A program made the translations under genes and the position numbers. Under the pieces are notes generated by a model, which searched no databases, was not told where the DNA came from, and saw only the letters and a program-made list of their open reading frames with translations. Below, piece by piece: positions 1-13,130 of a stretch of DNA of 44,549 nt (its first letter is position 1; each line of letters opens with the position of its first letter). Origin of the DNA: Octopus bimaculoides (taxonomy: Eukaryota). The stretch lies in assembly GCF_001194135.2 (NCBI RefSeq), contig NC_068999.1, positions 25,995,891-26,040,439 on the forward strand. Direction: 5' to 3'.

Positions 1-50
<50 letters not shown>

Positions 51-73
51 GCTCATATAATGATATCTACCAA

Positions 74-105
<32 letters not shown>

Positions 106-240
106 GCATATATATATGTATGTATGTATTTATGTATGTCAGTGTATATACATGCATACATGGAAGATGGACATTAAATGATGATGATATATGTGTATGT
201 GTGTGTGTGTGTGTGTGAATGTGTGTGCATATATATATGT

Positions 241-425
241 ATATCATCATTATCATCACTATCATTTGATGTCTGTTGTCCATGGTAGCATGGATTGGAT
301 GGTTTGACCAGAGCTGCATCAGGCTCCACTCTGATTTGGCATGGTTTCTACAGCTGGATGCCCTTCCTAACACCAACCACTTTACAAAGTGTGCTTACTG
401 CTTTTACATGGCACCACATGGACAC
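241..425 (-). mobile_element. 3' end fragment of RTE-clade LINE (or RTE-tailed SINE)
   Basis: Reverse complement of the same 3' UTR seen at 34085-34440 and 36060-36352 (cagctggatgcccttcctaacaccaacc), with a (GAT)n-type tail at 241-265. Confidence 0.75.
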
Positions 426-451
426 TTTTATGTGACACTTCACAGGTGCTT

Positions 452-503
<52 letters not shown>

Positions 504-900
504 TNNNNNNNNNNNNNNNNNNNNNNNNNNNNNNNNNNNNNNNNNNNNNNNNNNNNNNNNNNNNNNNNNNNNNNNNNNNNNNNNNNNNNNNNNNNNNNNN
601 NNNNNNNNNNNNNNNNNNNNNNNNNNNNNNNNNNNNNNNNNNNNNNNNNNNNNNNNNNNNNNNNNNNNNNNNNNNNNNNNNNNNNNNNNNNNNNNNNNNN
701 NNNNNNNNNNNNNNNNNNNNNNNNNNNNNNNNNNNNNNNNNNNNNNNNNNNNNNNNNNNNNNNNATATATATATATATATAAAACATTTATTTACCTCTC
801 ACCAGATGGAGTACTTTTTTTTGTGGAATTTTCTATCATGGAACAGTACATTATACACACACACGCACGCATGCACACATGCATGCACACACACACACAC

Positions 901-943
<43 letters not shown>
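901..943 (+). repeat. (GATA)n tetranucleotide microsatellite
   Basis: Direct perfect repeat, adjacent to a (CA)n tract. Confidence 0.95.
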
Positions 944-944
<1 letters not shown>

Positions 945-1159
945 TTATAAACTGTGTTTGATGACATATACCACAGACTTTTCCCCAGAAATGTATCACA
1001 AAAAGATCACCCTGGGTGCTATATGCAAAGTTGGGTCTATATTGCATGCTTTAATGTACTGAAAAATTTTTTATACATAAGCACTGTTAAAATTGGTCTG
1101 CATCTAATAAGGTTATGCATCTTTTATGGCATGATATGCAGTATATTTATAGGCACAGG

Positions 1160-1555
1160 CATGGCTCTATGGCTATGAATTCTGCTTCCCAACAACATGG
1201 TTTTTGGTTTAACCCCACAGCTTGGTACCAAAGCTTTGTGATTGGATTTGGTAGACAAAAACTGAAAGAAACTCGTTGTATATGTATACATATGTATGTA
1301 CACATGTATGTGTGTGTGTATGTTTGTATTTCTTTGTCTTCACATGCCGTAATAGCTGTAAATGAGTTTCACTTTCATATAAGCAGTGTCATTCATTTCC
1401 AATATTTTGTGAGAACGTCTGGCCATGGGGAAATATTACCTGACTTGGGAACAGCTGCAGGTGGCATCAGGAAGGCATTCAGCCATGTAAAATCTACCTC
1501 AATAAGCTTTGTTCCATGCAAGCATAGCAAAGTAGATGTTAAAAAAACGAAAATG
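1160..1555 (+). mobile_element. Degraded tRNA-derived SINE with an RTE-like 3' tail
   Basis: The head resembles the 26233 SINE (gattggatttggtagac...actgaaagaaactcg plus central microsatellite). The tail differs: ggcatcaggaaggcattcagcc...ccatgcaagcatagcaaagtagatgttaaaa, matching RTE 3' ends in this window. Confidence 0.6.
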
Positions 1556-1949
1556 GTGAAATGTAAGCTATAATTCAGTTTTATTTCAAGATTTCTTGCC
1601 AATAGAGAAAGAGCTGGTTTCTAACCTAGAACCAGGGCTCTTTCACAGGGTATTTGTGTGTATGTGTGCAGTGTTTGGAATCAGTACATGTGCAGATTCG
1701 TATGTTTTATTTTATGTATGTATTCTTATGCATATAATTGCATGTCTAGATATATATATACACATATATATGACAGAATTGAGTATCTTGTAGTATTTAG
1801 TTATGTCCCTTTATATTCTGAGTGCAAATTCAATAAGGGCTGTCTCTCATCTTTCTGAGGTCATTAAAATATGTACCAGTCAGATATTGGGGATAGGTAA
1901 AAACATTAATGCCTCTCCTCTAAAATCTATTGCCTTGTACTATATACAT

Positions 1950-2018
1950 ATATATTTATGTGTTATGTTTATATGTATATACATATATATATGCATATAT
2001 ATACATACATACATATAC

Positions 2019-2069
<51 letters not shown>

Positions 2070-2229
2070 TACACATACACACACACATGCATGTAGGCAC
2101 ACACACACACGACAAGCTTCTTTCAGTTTCTGTCTACCAAATCTACTCACAAGGCTTTGGTCGGCCCGAGGCTACAGTAGAAGACATTTGCTTCTTACCA
2201 CACAGCCACAACTGCACTTATATATATAT

Positions 2230-2287
<58 letters not shown>

Positions 2288-2290
2288 TTC
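1950..2290 (-). mobile_element. SINE 5' half (internally deleted) embedded in (AT)n/(ATAC)n microsatellites
   Basis: 2110-2217 is the reverse complement of the head of the 26233 SINE (cttctttcagtttctgtctaccaaatctactcacaaggctttggtcggcccgaggcta...ttaccacacagcc). Confidence 0.8.
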
Positions 2291-2976
2291 CTTTTGTTGA
2301 TTTGATTTAATCTGATTTATTAATTCATTTTACCATATCAATTAAACTTGTATGTAACCAAGCTAATCAGTTGTAATGATACTGAGGCAATTAATTTACT
2401 TTATTTATCTGGGTTTTCATAAGCTTCCAGTTAATAAACATCAAAACAATTTATAATTCACAGTTTACTCTAATATTTATCCTTGCTAAATGTATTGATT
2501 TTTAGCGTGCGCGCGTACACACACACACACACACACACAGAGCCATTAATGCTGGGGAAGGTGGGGAGGTCCACAAAGAGTTTAATTACAGAATATTACT
2601 GGTTATATTCTGTAATTAAACACCAGATGACTTCAACCTGATTTAAATTTAGAATATGAAAAGATGGCATTAAATTCCACAAGGCACTTCATTTACAGCT
2701 CTCCCTTTTGTTAAATATAGTGAAATATTTTTTATGATATTTGATATATTTGTTACATAATTAAAAACTGCCAAATAAATTTACAGATGACAAAGAATAC
2801 AGTTTCCTATTAATAGGAAATATATTCCCTTCTGCTATTATATCGTATATATAAATGTATGTATATATAACTAATTAAAATAAGAAACAATATTATATTT
2901 ATTATATCATGTCTAGAAATAAAGGAAAATTAAATTCCAATTCCTAGTTATTTAATCTATCAATGTAACTACTTGT

Positions 2977-3399
2977 ATGTATGTATGTATGTATGTATTA
3001 TGTATGTATGTGTCTGTGTGTATTATATATATGTATGCACACATATGTGCAGGTGTGTATATATACACACATATATGTATACGCACATGCACACTTGCAC
3101 ATTATTTGTGTGCATACATGCACACACACACATATATATGTAATACACATACACACATACATATGTAATTATCTAGGTATGTTTATAAAATGTATACATG
3201 TACATATCTATATACATATGTGTACATCGAAACAGATGTATAGGCACATATACTCATTTGTTGCTTGTGTGTGTGTGTGTAGGTGTGTGTGAGAAACAGA
3301 CAGACACAGAGACTTATCTGTAATTGAAATAGTATTGTATATATGCAAACTCATTAGATAGACAGATCGATAGATAGATAGATTGATAGATAGCTTTAA

Positions 3400-3434
<35 letters not shown>

Positions 3435-3545
3435 CACATATTAGTGTATACATATATACATATGTACATACATGTATGCACACACACACACACACACACA
3501 TATGCACATAGATACATGCGTACGTACGGTTGTATGTATGTATTT
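2977..3545. repeat. Compound low-complexity microsatellite tract (TATG/TA/CA/GATA)
   Basis: Directly visible; it produces spurious I/Y/H/T/C/V-rich ORFs. Confidence 0.9.
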
Positions 3546-3596
3546 AAGTATCTATCTACCTAATTATGTATTGGTGACAAAATCTTTTTCACTCAC

Positions 3597-4450
3597 CTTG
3601 TGGATCATATTTCAAACTTGGCATCTTTAAATATTTTCAGAAAAGTCTATCACTCGTTCCAAATTCTGTCTGCTACTGTTTCCAGTGTAATTTGGAATCA
3701 CAAGACAAACTGTTGGAGCCTTTTTCTTCCTTTTTTTTTTTTTTCTTTAATGATGTGGCTTCTTATCAATGATGAAAATATTACTTTCCTTTCTGCCTTT
3801 TCTATTGATGTTATTGTTGTCGTTATTACAAATTTTCCCTTTTCTTTTTACAATTTTCATATATAACACTTGATATTTTTGTACTGTTTTTGTCTCTGTT
3901 CTTAATAGACCTCCTGTTTTTGCTGAAATATTTATATAAACGTGTATATACCCATAAAGCTAAAAGAAAAATAAATGGTTTCAATTTAGTGGTAAAGCAC
4001 TCGTGTTGATTTTGAATTGCCTGCAAGTGTTACTGGTTTGTTTGTTTGTTTTTACTTTTGTTTTCGCTTTTTTTCTCTTGTTTTTTTTTTCCAAGATCAT
4101 GTGAATGTATGCTGTTTTCTCGCTCAATGGAAAGGCAAGAGAGGGGGATCACAACAACAGTAGAATGATAAATAGATACATCTAGAGAAAAGAGTGAGGG
4201 AGAGGAGAGAGATAGAGAGCGGAGGTGGAGGGAGAGAGAGAGAGAATAAAGACGCCGAGCGTGGAGAGGAGGCAGAGAGAAACTAACAATTAGGAAGGAG
4301 TAAAAGGAAAAGGTGGTGAACAGAAAGGCTACAGAGTAAAAGAATTGAAGAAAAAGAGACAGTGAATGAGTATTATTACAATAAAATCGAGTAAGAGAGG
4401 GAGAAGAGAGAGAAACTGCAGCTACCTCGATGGTGATATGAACTTCGTTA
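3597..4450 (-). other. Putative first exon of a host gene continuing off the left edge (candidate CDS start MPSLKYDPQ, 3624-3597)
   Basis: Consensus donor AAG|GTGAGT at 3597/3596. ATG at 3624 sits in aaagATG context with an in-frame upstream TGA. The upstream sequence is non-repetitive with a CT-rich (minus-strand) tract, and 4400-4800 is CpG-richer. The 5' boundary is approximate. Confidence 0.35.
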
Positions 4451-6165
4451 TGTTAAGCAAACGGCAGGGCATAAAGGCCGAAGGTGGGTTGAGTGCTGAG
4501 CAAGTGGTTGACGTATATGCATTAAATGGGCGATGTATGTTTATGAAAGCACCAACAGAAAGTCCTTAATCTGCGAGTGTGTGTTTTCTTACTGTTTGTT
4601 ATTGTGCGATTGTAGTTGTCATTTGGAACCGTGAACGACGATATCTCACTAGAGCCACTGCTAAAACAGCACCTATATTCCGATTGTTGCTTCTGTTGTG
4701 GGTATCGATGTTTATCCTGATACATTCTTATCGTCACATTATTGCCACTCTAAACCGATACAGCTGCAACATTCCTCAAGACAAATATGTTTAAATTATA
4801 TAATCAAGCTATTGCCATTTAGTTTTATTCGTCTTGTCTTTAAATAATACATCGTCATTGCTATTCTTAATTGTTTATACCTAGTAAGCAAGTTTTCGTT
4901 GGCAGATTCATATTTTAAATCTCTGCAACACCATATTCTAGTTCTCTTCACTCGACATTTCCACCCCCCCCTCTCTCTCTCTCTCTCTCTCTCNNNNNNN
5001 NNNNNNNNNNNNNNNNNNNNNNNNNNNNNNNNNNNNNNNNNNNNNNNNNNNNNNNNNNNNNNNNNNNNNNNNNNNNNNNNNNNNNNNNNNNNNNNNNNNN
5101 NNNNNNNNNNNNNNNNNNNNNNNNNNNNNNNNNNNNNNNNNNNNNNNNNNNNNNNNNNNNNNNNNNNNNNNNNNNNNNNNNNNNNNNNNNNNNNNNNNNN
5201 NNNNNNNNNNNNNNNNNNNNNNNNNNNNNNNNNNNNNNNNNNNNNNNNNNNNNNNNNNNNNNNNNNNNNNNNNNNNNNNNNNNNNNNNNNNNNNNNNNNN
5301 NNNNNNNNNNNNNNNNNNNNNNNNNNNNNNNNNNNNNNNNNNNNNNNNNNNNNNNNNNNNNNNNNNNNNNNNNNNNNNNNNNNNNNNNNNNNNNNNNNNN
5401 NNNNNNNNNNNNNNNNNNNNNNNNNNNNNNNNNNNNNNNNNNNNNNNTATATATATATACACACACAAGCGGGCACGCATACAAACATACTTGAGTGTGT
5501 GTGCGCGCACATAGACACATGTATACTCACATACTGCGCACACGCACATAAATGGGACGAAATGCGCGTGTACTGATGAATGCGCTTGTGCGTGTATGGG
5601 AATGCATGTCTATCGCTCTAACATCAGATCGATCTGTTGATTGATCAATAGGATTAGATCTCTACAAGACAGTCAATGTTGGATTCGAGCCAGACCTTAG
5701 TGTAAGTTTAACTGAGATTACCCAAAGTCATTTAAGATTCTTGTTTTTCCTCAATGTCTGTCTACATTAGATCAGATCCAGAATTATCTGCTATTAGTAA
5801 TCATGTTAATCAGTGCCGCATGTTTTCCGTAGTCGGGCCGTTTGCGACTAAACCGCACTCAACGGTCTCACTGTGTGTGTGTGGACAGTGGATTGACATC
5901 CTGACCGAGCAAAAATTAATATCTATCTACAAGGACGGATAAGCTAACAAGGTGTCGAGAGCCATCCATCCATCAAACCTACAAATATACAAGTGTAGTT
6001 GACTTCGTTTTTTTTTTTTTTTTTTGCATATTCTGCACCCAATTTTCTGCCACAAACATACAGGCTTTGCTTTTCCTCTAACTCTGGGAGACCCGGGCGA
6101 AGAAAATCCACTAAACGTTAGGTCCATCCAAAGAGACTTAAATCACTCCTGGCTAGGCTTATTAC

Positions 6166-6467
6166 CAGTGACGGACTGGCCAGGTCGCCAGCTTGCCCGG
6201 TGGCAAGTGCGCCATTAGAATCCATATATGGGCGCCCACGTTAGTATCTAAGGGGCCCATTCCCTCAGGTTTGAGAATTTTTTATTCACTTCTGGATGAA
6301 TGCATTATTTCAATTTGGTTGTGTTTGTAGACAGTTGAAAAGAATACTTTTAACAAAAAAAAAAAAAATTAAATTATAGCATTGTGGGTGGGCTCGCCCC
6401 CTTGTAGTTGCGGGTGGGCCCCCTCAGTCTCCTGGCAACCAATATTTTTAGACCCAGTCCGCCACTG
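6166..6467. mobile_element. hAT-superfamily MITE (302 bp)
   Basis: 14-bp TIR cagtgacggactgg / ccagtccgccactg and a perfect 8-bp TSD cttattac (6158-6165, 6468-6475). Confidence 0.9.
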
Positions 6468-6844
6468 CTTATTACCATCATCTCATCTTAACTGTTAGTA
6501 CTTAGAATGCATGCTTACATGCACGTAAGTACCGTATATACTCGTGTAAAAGTCGAATTTTTTTGACCATTTTTTAAAGGTCAAATTTATGGGGTCGACT
6601 ATTACATGAATACTACTTTTGAGGGGCTGAAATTCAAGCTAGAATCCGAAGTACCGTATCAGCAGCAGAAGCCCAACTGATCTCCAAGTGAAGGAAAACA
6701 CAATGAATTACAGTAATATTACCAATTCTATGCATCAAAACACGCGTCCTAGTAAATAACAAAACCCATAAACAAGACCGCGTAGCTTTCATGTGCAGTT
6801 AATATTAAACGTCCATAATGTGGTGTAAAGTTGTTAATCTGGAG

Positions 6845-6962
6845 CAGGGATTCCCAAAATGTGTTCTGCAAAACTCCAAGGTTCCCTGAAAGTTATCAGG
6901 GGTTACGCGTTTTTAAAAATAATGTCGAAGGATTCTGCAGCGGAAAAGTTTGGAAACCACTG
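6845..6962. mobile_element. hAT-Charlie/MER5-like MITE
   Basis: TIR cagggattcccaaa / tttggaaaccactg. Imperfect 8-bp TSD atctggag / atctagcg fits the NTCTAGAN preference of Charlie elements. Confidence 0.65.
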
Positions 6963-7320
6963 ATCTAGCGATTAACTAAAAGTTCTTAGGCTTATCGAAG
7001 TTATGCCTCTGTACGACTTCATACAATGGTGTTTGCTGTCGTTCGTCGATAGTGCTGTCTGTGAAACACGTTTCTCACTATGTAAACAGACGAGCGTCTG
7101 GTACATGTGTTTATTGTATTTGGAAATGAGGAAAATATAAAGGTCACATGGGAACCACTCATCTAGCGATTAATTGAATGTTTTTAAGCTTATCAAAGCC
7201 ATGCCTTTGTACGAATTCAGACAGTGGCGTTTGCCAGTGTTCGTCAATAGTGCTGTCTGTGCAACACGTTTCTCACCATGTAAACAACGAGTGTATTACG
7301 CATGTGTTTATTGTGCTTCA
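6951..7320 (+). repeat. Diverged tandem duplication, period about 198 bp
   Basis: ggaaccact-atctagcgattaa...gatagtgctgtctgtg(a/c)aacacgtttctcac...catgtgtttattgt occurs at about 6951-7120 and 7150-7320. Confidence 0.85.
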
Positions 7321-7775
7321 AGATGTATGCAGGCTTGCAGCATATCCCGTGCATACATTTTAGTAATAGTAATGTAGCACCCATCAACCGATATGTAGTA
7401 CTCGCTATTAACTGGTGTTTTACTATAAGCACCCAACATTCCACCTATAGAGCAGGCTACAGTAAAGTAGCCGCACAATTTTGTAACAGTATTATTTCTA
7501 CGTACAGGATAATACGGTACTTTGGCCCACAAATGTTGTTCTGTTATGGAAAATTCCCAATTTTTTGGCCAAAAATTGGGGGTCGACTTTTACATGAGAT
7601 CGACTAGTACTCAAGTATATACAGTGTGTGTGTTGAGCGCGCGCGTGCATGGATGCCTGCGTGTTTGTATGCTGGTTTTCCTAGATAAACTTTGCAAGAT
7701 AGAGCAAGACTGGTTTCGAGGCCTGATGTGGGGAGAGATGGTCTTAAAATTTAAGGTGGCTGTGATGATCTGTCA

Positions 7776-8180
7776 CAGCGATTCTCAACCATTTTTTGCC
7801 TATGGACAGGGCCGACCCTAGAGTTGTTGGCGCCCCGGGCAAGCTGAACTTTGGCGAGTACAAGCTGACGGTCGTGGAAATTTCCTTGTCTTAGTCACGC
7901 CTTCTTTGGCGCCTCGGGTGACTGTCCGAGTTGCCAGTACCTTGAGCCGGCCCTACCTAAGGAACCCCTTTGATTCTTATGTTACTCTATTGGACTCTCA
8001 TAGACATTAGAGGTTTTAAAAAGTCCTATTATATCTTTACAATTAAATACTATTAGGAAGTGTATAAGAGAATTGTGGAAATATTATGTGTATTGTAGAA
8101 GTATAACTAATTTATTGCCCATAAATGTTAACAGCAAAATTTTATGTGGACCACCAATGGACCATGGTTGAGAACCATTG
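7776..8180. mobile_element. hAT-Charlie/MER5-like MITE interrupted by another MITE
   Basis: TIR cagcgattctcaacc / ggttgagaaccattg; imperfect TSD atctgtca / atctacca. Confidence 0.65.
7807..7955. mobile_element. hAT MITE (149 bp) nested in the 7776-8180 element
   Basis: TIR cagggccgac / gccggcccta; 8-bp TSD cctatgga / cctaagga (7/8). Confidence 0.75.
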
Positions 8181-9664
8181 ATCTACCAATTCTGTTAGTT
8201 TTAATGAGAATGACAATTTTATGCTGCTTGACGAAAGAGGCGAAGTTCTTGCAACAAGAATAGCTAATCTTTAGCGTTCTTTTGTTGATTCTGTGATATT
8301 TATAGTCACTTGGGAAATATCCAGATACTAAGTTTTAAAATTCTCTCCCTACATTAGTTCTAACGCTTATGCTAAATGCTGGAATATACCTCAAAACCTT
8401 TGTACGTCTAGTTTTACGAGACCTTTTGAGACTCCACCAATGCCTAGCGCATCATTATAATACGGGGAGGTATCGGTAAAGACTGCCTCATTCAATGACA
8501 ACGAAGGAATACACTTACCTATATAGCTAATCATATTTTTAAGAATACAGGCCGGTTGATATAGAATAGCTTTTCATTAGGCTTGCGATATGGTTTTAAG
8601 TGTTAACTCCCAAATCTAAGTTGTTGTCTAAAAATTTAGACTACTAAGATTCGTGTCAACTGTAATTTTTAAACCCAGTCTTGGGAAAATTTAATAAAAC
8701 CATCTAAAACCATCGAATTCGTACTCGTTAAGGGTGACTATAAGGCCGTCATCCTTGTATAAACCTGCATCTAAATTAGGAAATTCTATATGCAAATAGT
8801 ATGTATTGATAAACACACACACACACACACACACGAATACATCAATGAATGTATTATAATGAGCAGGCTATATAGATCTGTAATTAAATACATCCACACA
8901 CAATTATACATACACATCTACACACATGTCTGTATGTGTATAAATAGTATGTGTTTGTGTGTGTGTATCTGGCAAAAAGCCTTCAAGATGGGTTTCCTAT
9001 AACCACAGTGTAACAGTTGGGATTTCAGCCCAGCCTCACCAGTCTCATTACTTTTTGCTTCTGCAGCCACGATAGAGCACAGTTCTGGAATGGCTCGATG
9101 GTTTTCAGGACCTGCCCATATTGCATTACAACAGTGACAACGAACTTAGAGGTCGATGTGACTGTTAATGTAGTACTGTGTTGACATATTCATTGCGATC
9201 TGAGTCTATGGGAAAATCTACGTCGGACTATCTCGCGCTTGCCTTCCATCTGGAAAATCGAATATCAGTGTCGGAGGCGACGTCACCCTACATAGGATTT
9301 AATCAAGTTACTCTTTTGAAGACACTCGGATAGTCCTTCAGTTTCGAAAATGCAAGAGAATGCTATTTTTCTTGATCGTTCTTGAATAATTTCCTCACGC
9401 AAGGAAACCTTTCGTGACACACTACTGCCAGGCATTTTTGACTAGATTTGAATTACACCCACAAAATTACCTATATCATTGACACTACTTTCATTTCCCT
9501 TCTTTTCCCTATGGCAGAACGCGTGTACGAGGTGATATCAAAATGTTCAGTAGCGTGCCAACAGATGGTAGCACAGTAACAGCTAGCAGTAATCTTCATG
9601 CGGCAGTGTGCCGAGTGACATCCCTGTGTTTACTTCGCAAGTTGCAAAATTTGTGTTTTTGTGA

Positions 9665-10919
<1,255 letters not shown>

Positions 10920-10993
10920 GGTCGTACGCAATGTTTCGAGTGGCACAGGCGTTTCAAAAACGGAAGAACGTCCCTAGAAGACGATAAGCGATC

Positions 10994-12298
10994 TGCAACG
11001 ATAAATGTTAGAGTCGGAGGTTACCAATTGTAACGGTTGATGTAAATGTATCTTTTTACGATTAATGAATCTTTACGTCGAGAAGCCAAGTGTAACATAG
11101 TTATTACCAAAATGTAAGGATCTTTTTAAAACGAGGGCCACATTTTTCATTAACGAAACACTTTGAAACTTGGAACACTGGTAGAATGTGTCATATAAAA
11201 CATCTTTTTCTTTTAGTCTTCTTTAAAAAAAAAAAGAAATCCATAAATTATTCCATGTTAAAGTTGTCGTATTTCTGTAATTTCAACCAATCACTGACGT
11301 CCATTCAGCCGATATACATTAAATGCCGACTACATAAACAAACGATTCTGAAACAATTAACCCTAACCCTAACTCTAACCCTAACCCTAGGGTTAGGGTT
11401 AGGGTTAAAGCAAATTTAAAATGAAAAAAGCAAATAAAACGAAGGTATGGAGATTAAATACGCTTTACATCGCTTAATCAGCCAAAGGAGTAAATATAAA
11501 CAACTGAATACTTGTCAGTGATTGGTTGAAATTATCGAAATAAGACAATTTTTTACATGAAATAAATTCGAATACAAAAATATTTTTCTGTTCTATAACA
11601 CAAAATAGATAAGTATACGAAGTTTGAAAGTCTTTCAGTACCAAAAACACTACGTAAAACATTAATGAAAAATGTGGCCCCCGTTTTAAAAAAGATCCAA
11701 ATGTAACCGGTGTGATGTTGAAGAACAGAAAGAACAGTGATTGAAATGGATGTTGGCTCTAAGTTTTATTTACCGTTACTTTATGTATAGCCACACAAGA
11801 TGGCGGGCGTGTATAATATAATTGAGAGTTAATTTTTCCTTGTATAAGTGTGTACATATTCTTGTCAGTGTAGTAGTAGGAAAAAGGTACACAGAGTGAT
11901 GTTTGTTAGAAGAGAAAGATGGGTGAGAGAGAGAGCAGAGGTAAGTTGTATCATAGCGGCCGATTGTTTGACCGTCAGCCTCCAGAGGCTGTCTGTCTGT
12001 GGTCGTCTATGGTCACCAACTTGTATTTATAAGAATACAGACCAGCCAGAAAAAGAGATATATCGTTTAAACAATGTATAAATTAATGTAGGTCGCTCCT
12101 TACCTATTTCAACTTTTCATGACATAGAAGAGGTTAAAAGTTTAAGAGGAAGAGACATAAATTGACTTGGCAAAGACATGTGTTGAATGTAACTCCTATC
12201 AACTACCGTTTTTCTGTGAGAAAAGTGCTGTTGAAATTTTAGGGGAAATTTGCCGATTCAGGTTCGAATCTATTCTATGCCCAGATGAAGTCACTACA
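10994..12298 (+). mobile_element. Second solo-LTR-like insertion (about 716 bp native) carrying a MITE
   Basis: TG...CA ends (tgcaacga / gtcactaca) with 4-bp TSD gatc (10990-10993, 12299-12302). Removing it restores the mariner frame DDKRSGRP. Confidence 0.78.
11118..11698. mobile_element. Merlin-like (GG-terminal, 8-bp TSD) MITE with an internal telomeric-repeat palindrome
   Basis: About 36-bp TIR ggatctttttaaaacgagggccacatttttcattaa and its reverse complement; perfect 8-bp TSD aaatgtaa; a second inner inverted pair (gttgtcgtatttc..caaccaatcactgac); centre (TAACCC)n(TAGGGT)n. The superfamily call is tentative. Confidence 0.8.
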
Positions 12299-12928
12299 GA
12301 TCTGGAAGACCTGCCATGAGAGTCATCCCCGAAAATGTGGAAAAGATTCATCAGCTTGTGCATGAGGATCGTCAGAGGGCAATCAACGACATTGCTGATG
12401 TTGTTGGTCTGTCGTATGGGTCCGTGCAGGCAATCCTAACGTTTTAATTGAACATGTAGCGGACTTCCATCACTTCCCAAAGATGAAAATATAGCTCAAA
12501 TATTGCCGTTGTAACACCGTTGTCGAGATCCAGAGTGAATCGCAGAAGGTTCTCGATCCGCTTACGGAAAACGACTTTCAGACTGGATTCCAAAAGTGGG
12601 AGGAAAGTTGGGACCGGTGTATTGTTGCGCAAGTAACTATTTCGAAGGAGAGGATGTTAAAACTTAAGTAAATTATTAAACATATCTAATCCGGGAACTT
12701 TTTGATACTACTTCGTATGTAAGTGTTGTTGATGTTGCTACTGTTATTGTACAAGTGTCAACTAGAATAAAAACGCCGGAAAAATATTGCAGAAAAGCCG
12801 GTAAATGCTGTAAAAAATTTAGCCTAGAAATTAGCATAAATTACAACAGGGGCTTTATAGCATTTAGCTACGTTTGGGTGCTAACGTTTCTGCCAGTTCG
12901 CCGCCTTTCTCAGTACTCGCTATTCTTT

Positions 12929-13130
12929 TCTTCTCTAGGCACAAGGCCCGAAATTTTGGGGGAGAGGGTCAGTCGATTAGATCGACCCAGTACGCAACTG
13001 ATACTTAATTTATCGACCCCGAAAGGATGAAAGGCAAAGTTGACCTCGGTGGAGTTTGAACTCAGAACATAAAGACAGACGAAATACCGCTAAGCATTAC
13101 GCCCGGCGTGCTAACGTTTTTGCCAGCTCA
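12929..13130 (-). mobile_element. Second tRNA-derived SINE family, near full length
   Basis: The minus strand reads gagctggcaaaaacgttagcacgccgggcgtaatgcttagcggtatttcgtc...gagttcaaactcc (B-box)...ctttcatcctttcggggtcgataaattaagta...gggccttgtgcctagaga. Other copies lie at about 27645, 40810, 42745 and 42905. Confidence 0.85.

Larger units (their letters stand above)
6532..7624. mobile_element. Tc1/mariner-superfamily (pogo/Tc2-like) non-autonomous element with nested inserts
   Basis: Ends ccgtatatactcgtgta / tactcaagtatatacag, with TA on the left. The subterminal ggggtcgact(a/t)ttacatga motif occurs near both ends. Confidence 0.6.

Noticed and set aside
945-1110. Possible Tc2-like MITE end
   Set aside because: Too degraded; I could not identify a TIR pair or TSD.
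53-3545. Many ORFs rich in I/Y/H/T/C/V
   Set aside because: They are translations of (AT)n, (CA)n and (TATG)n microsatellites, which lack stop codons in some frames.
8500-9520. Possible minus-strand exon (donor-like ATAG|GTAAGT near 8519) or decayed transposase at 9000-9500
   Set aside because: No sustained reading frame or recognisable motif; a lone donor match is expected by chance.
11357-11408. Telomere-telomere fusion scar
   Set aside because: The orientation is CCCTAA then TTAGGG, opposite to a fusion, and the tract sits at the centre of a TIR/TSD-bounded MITE.
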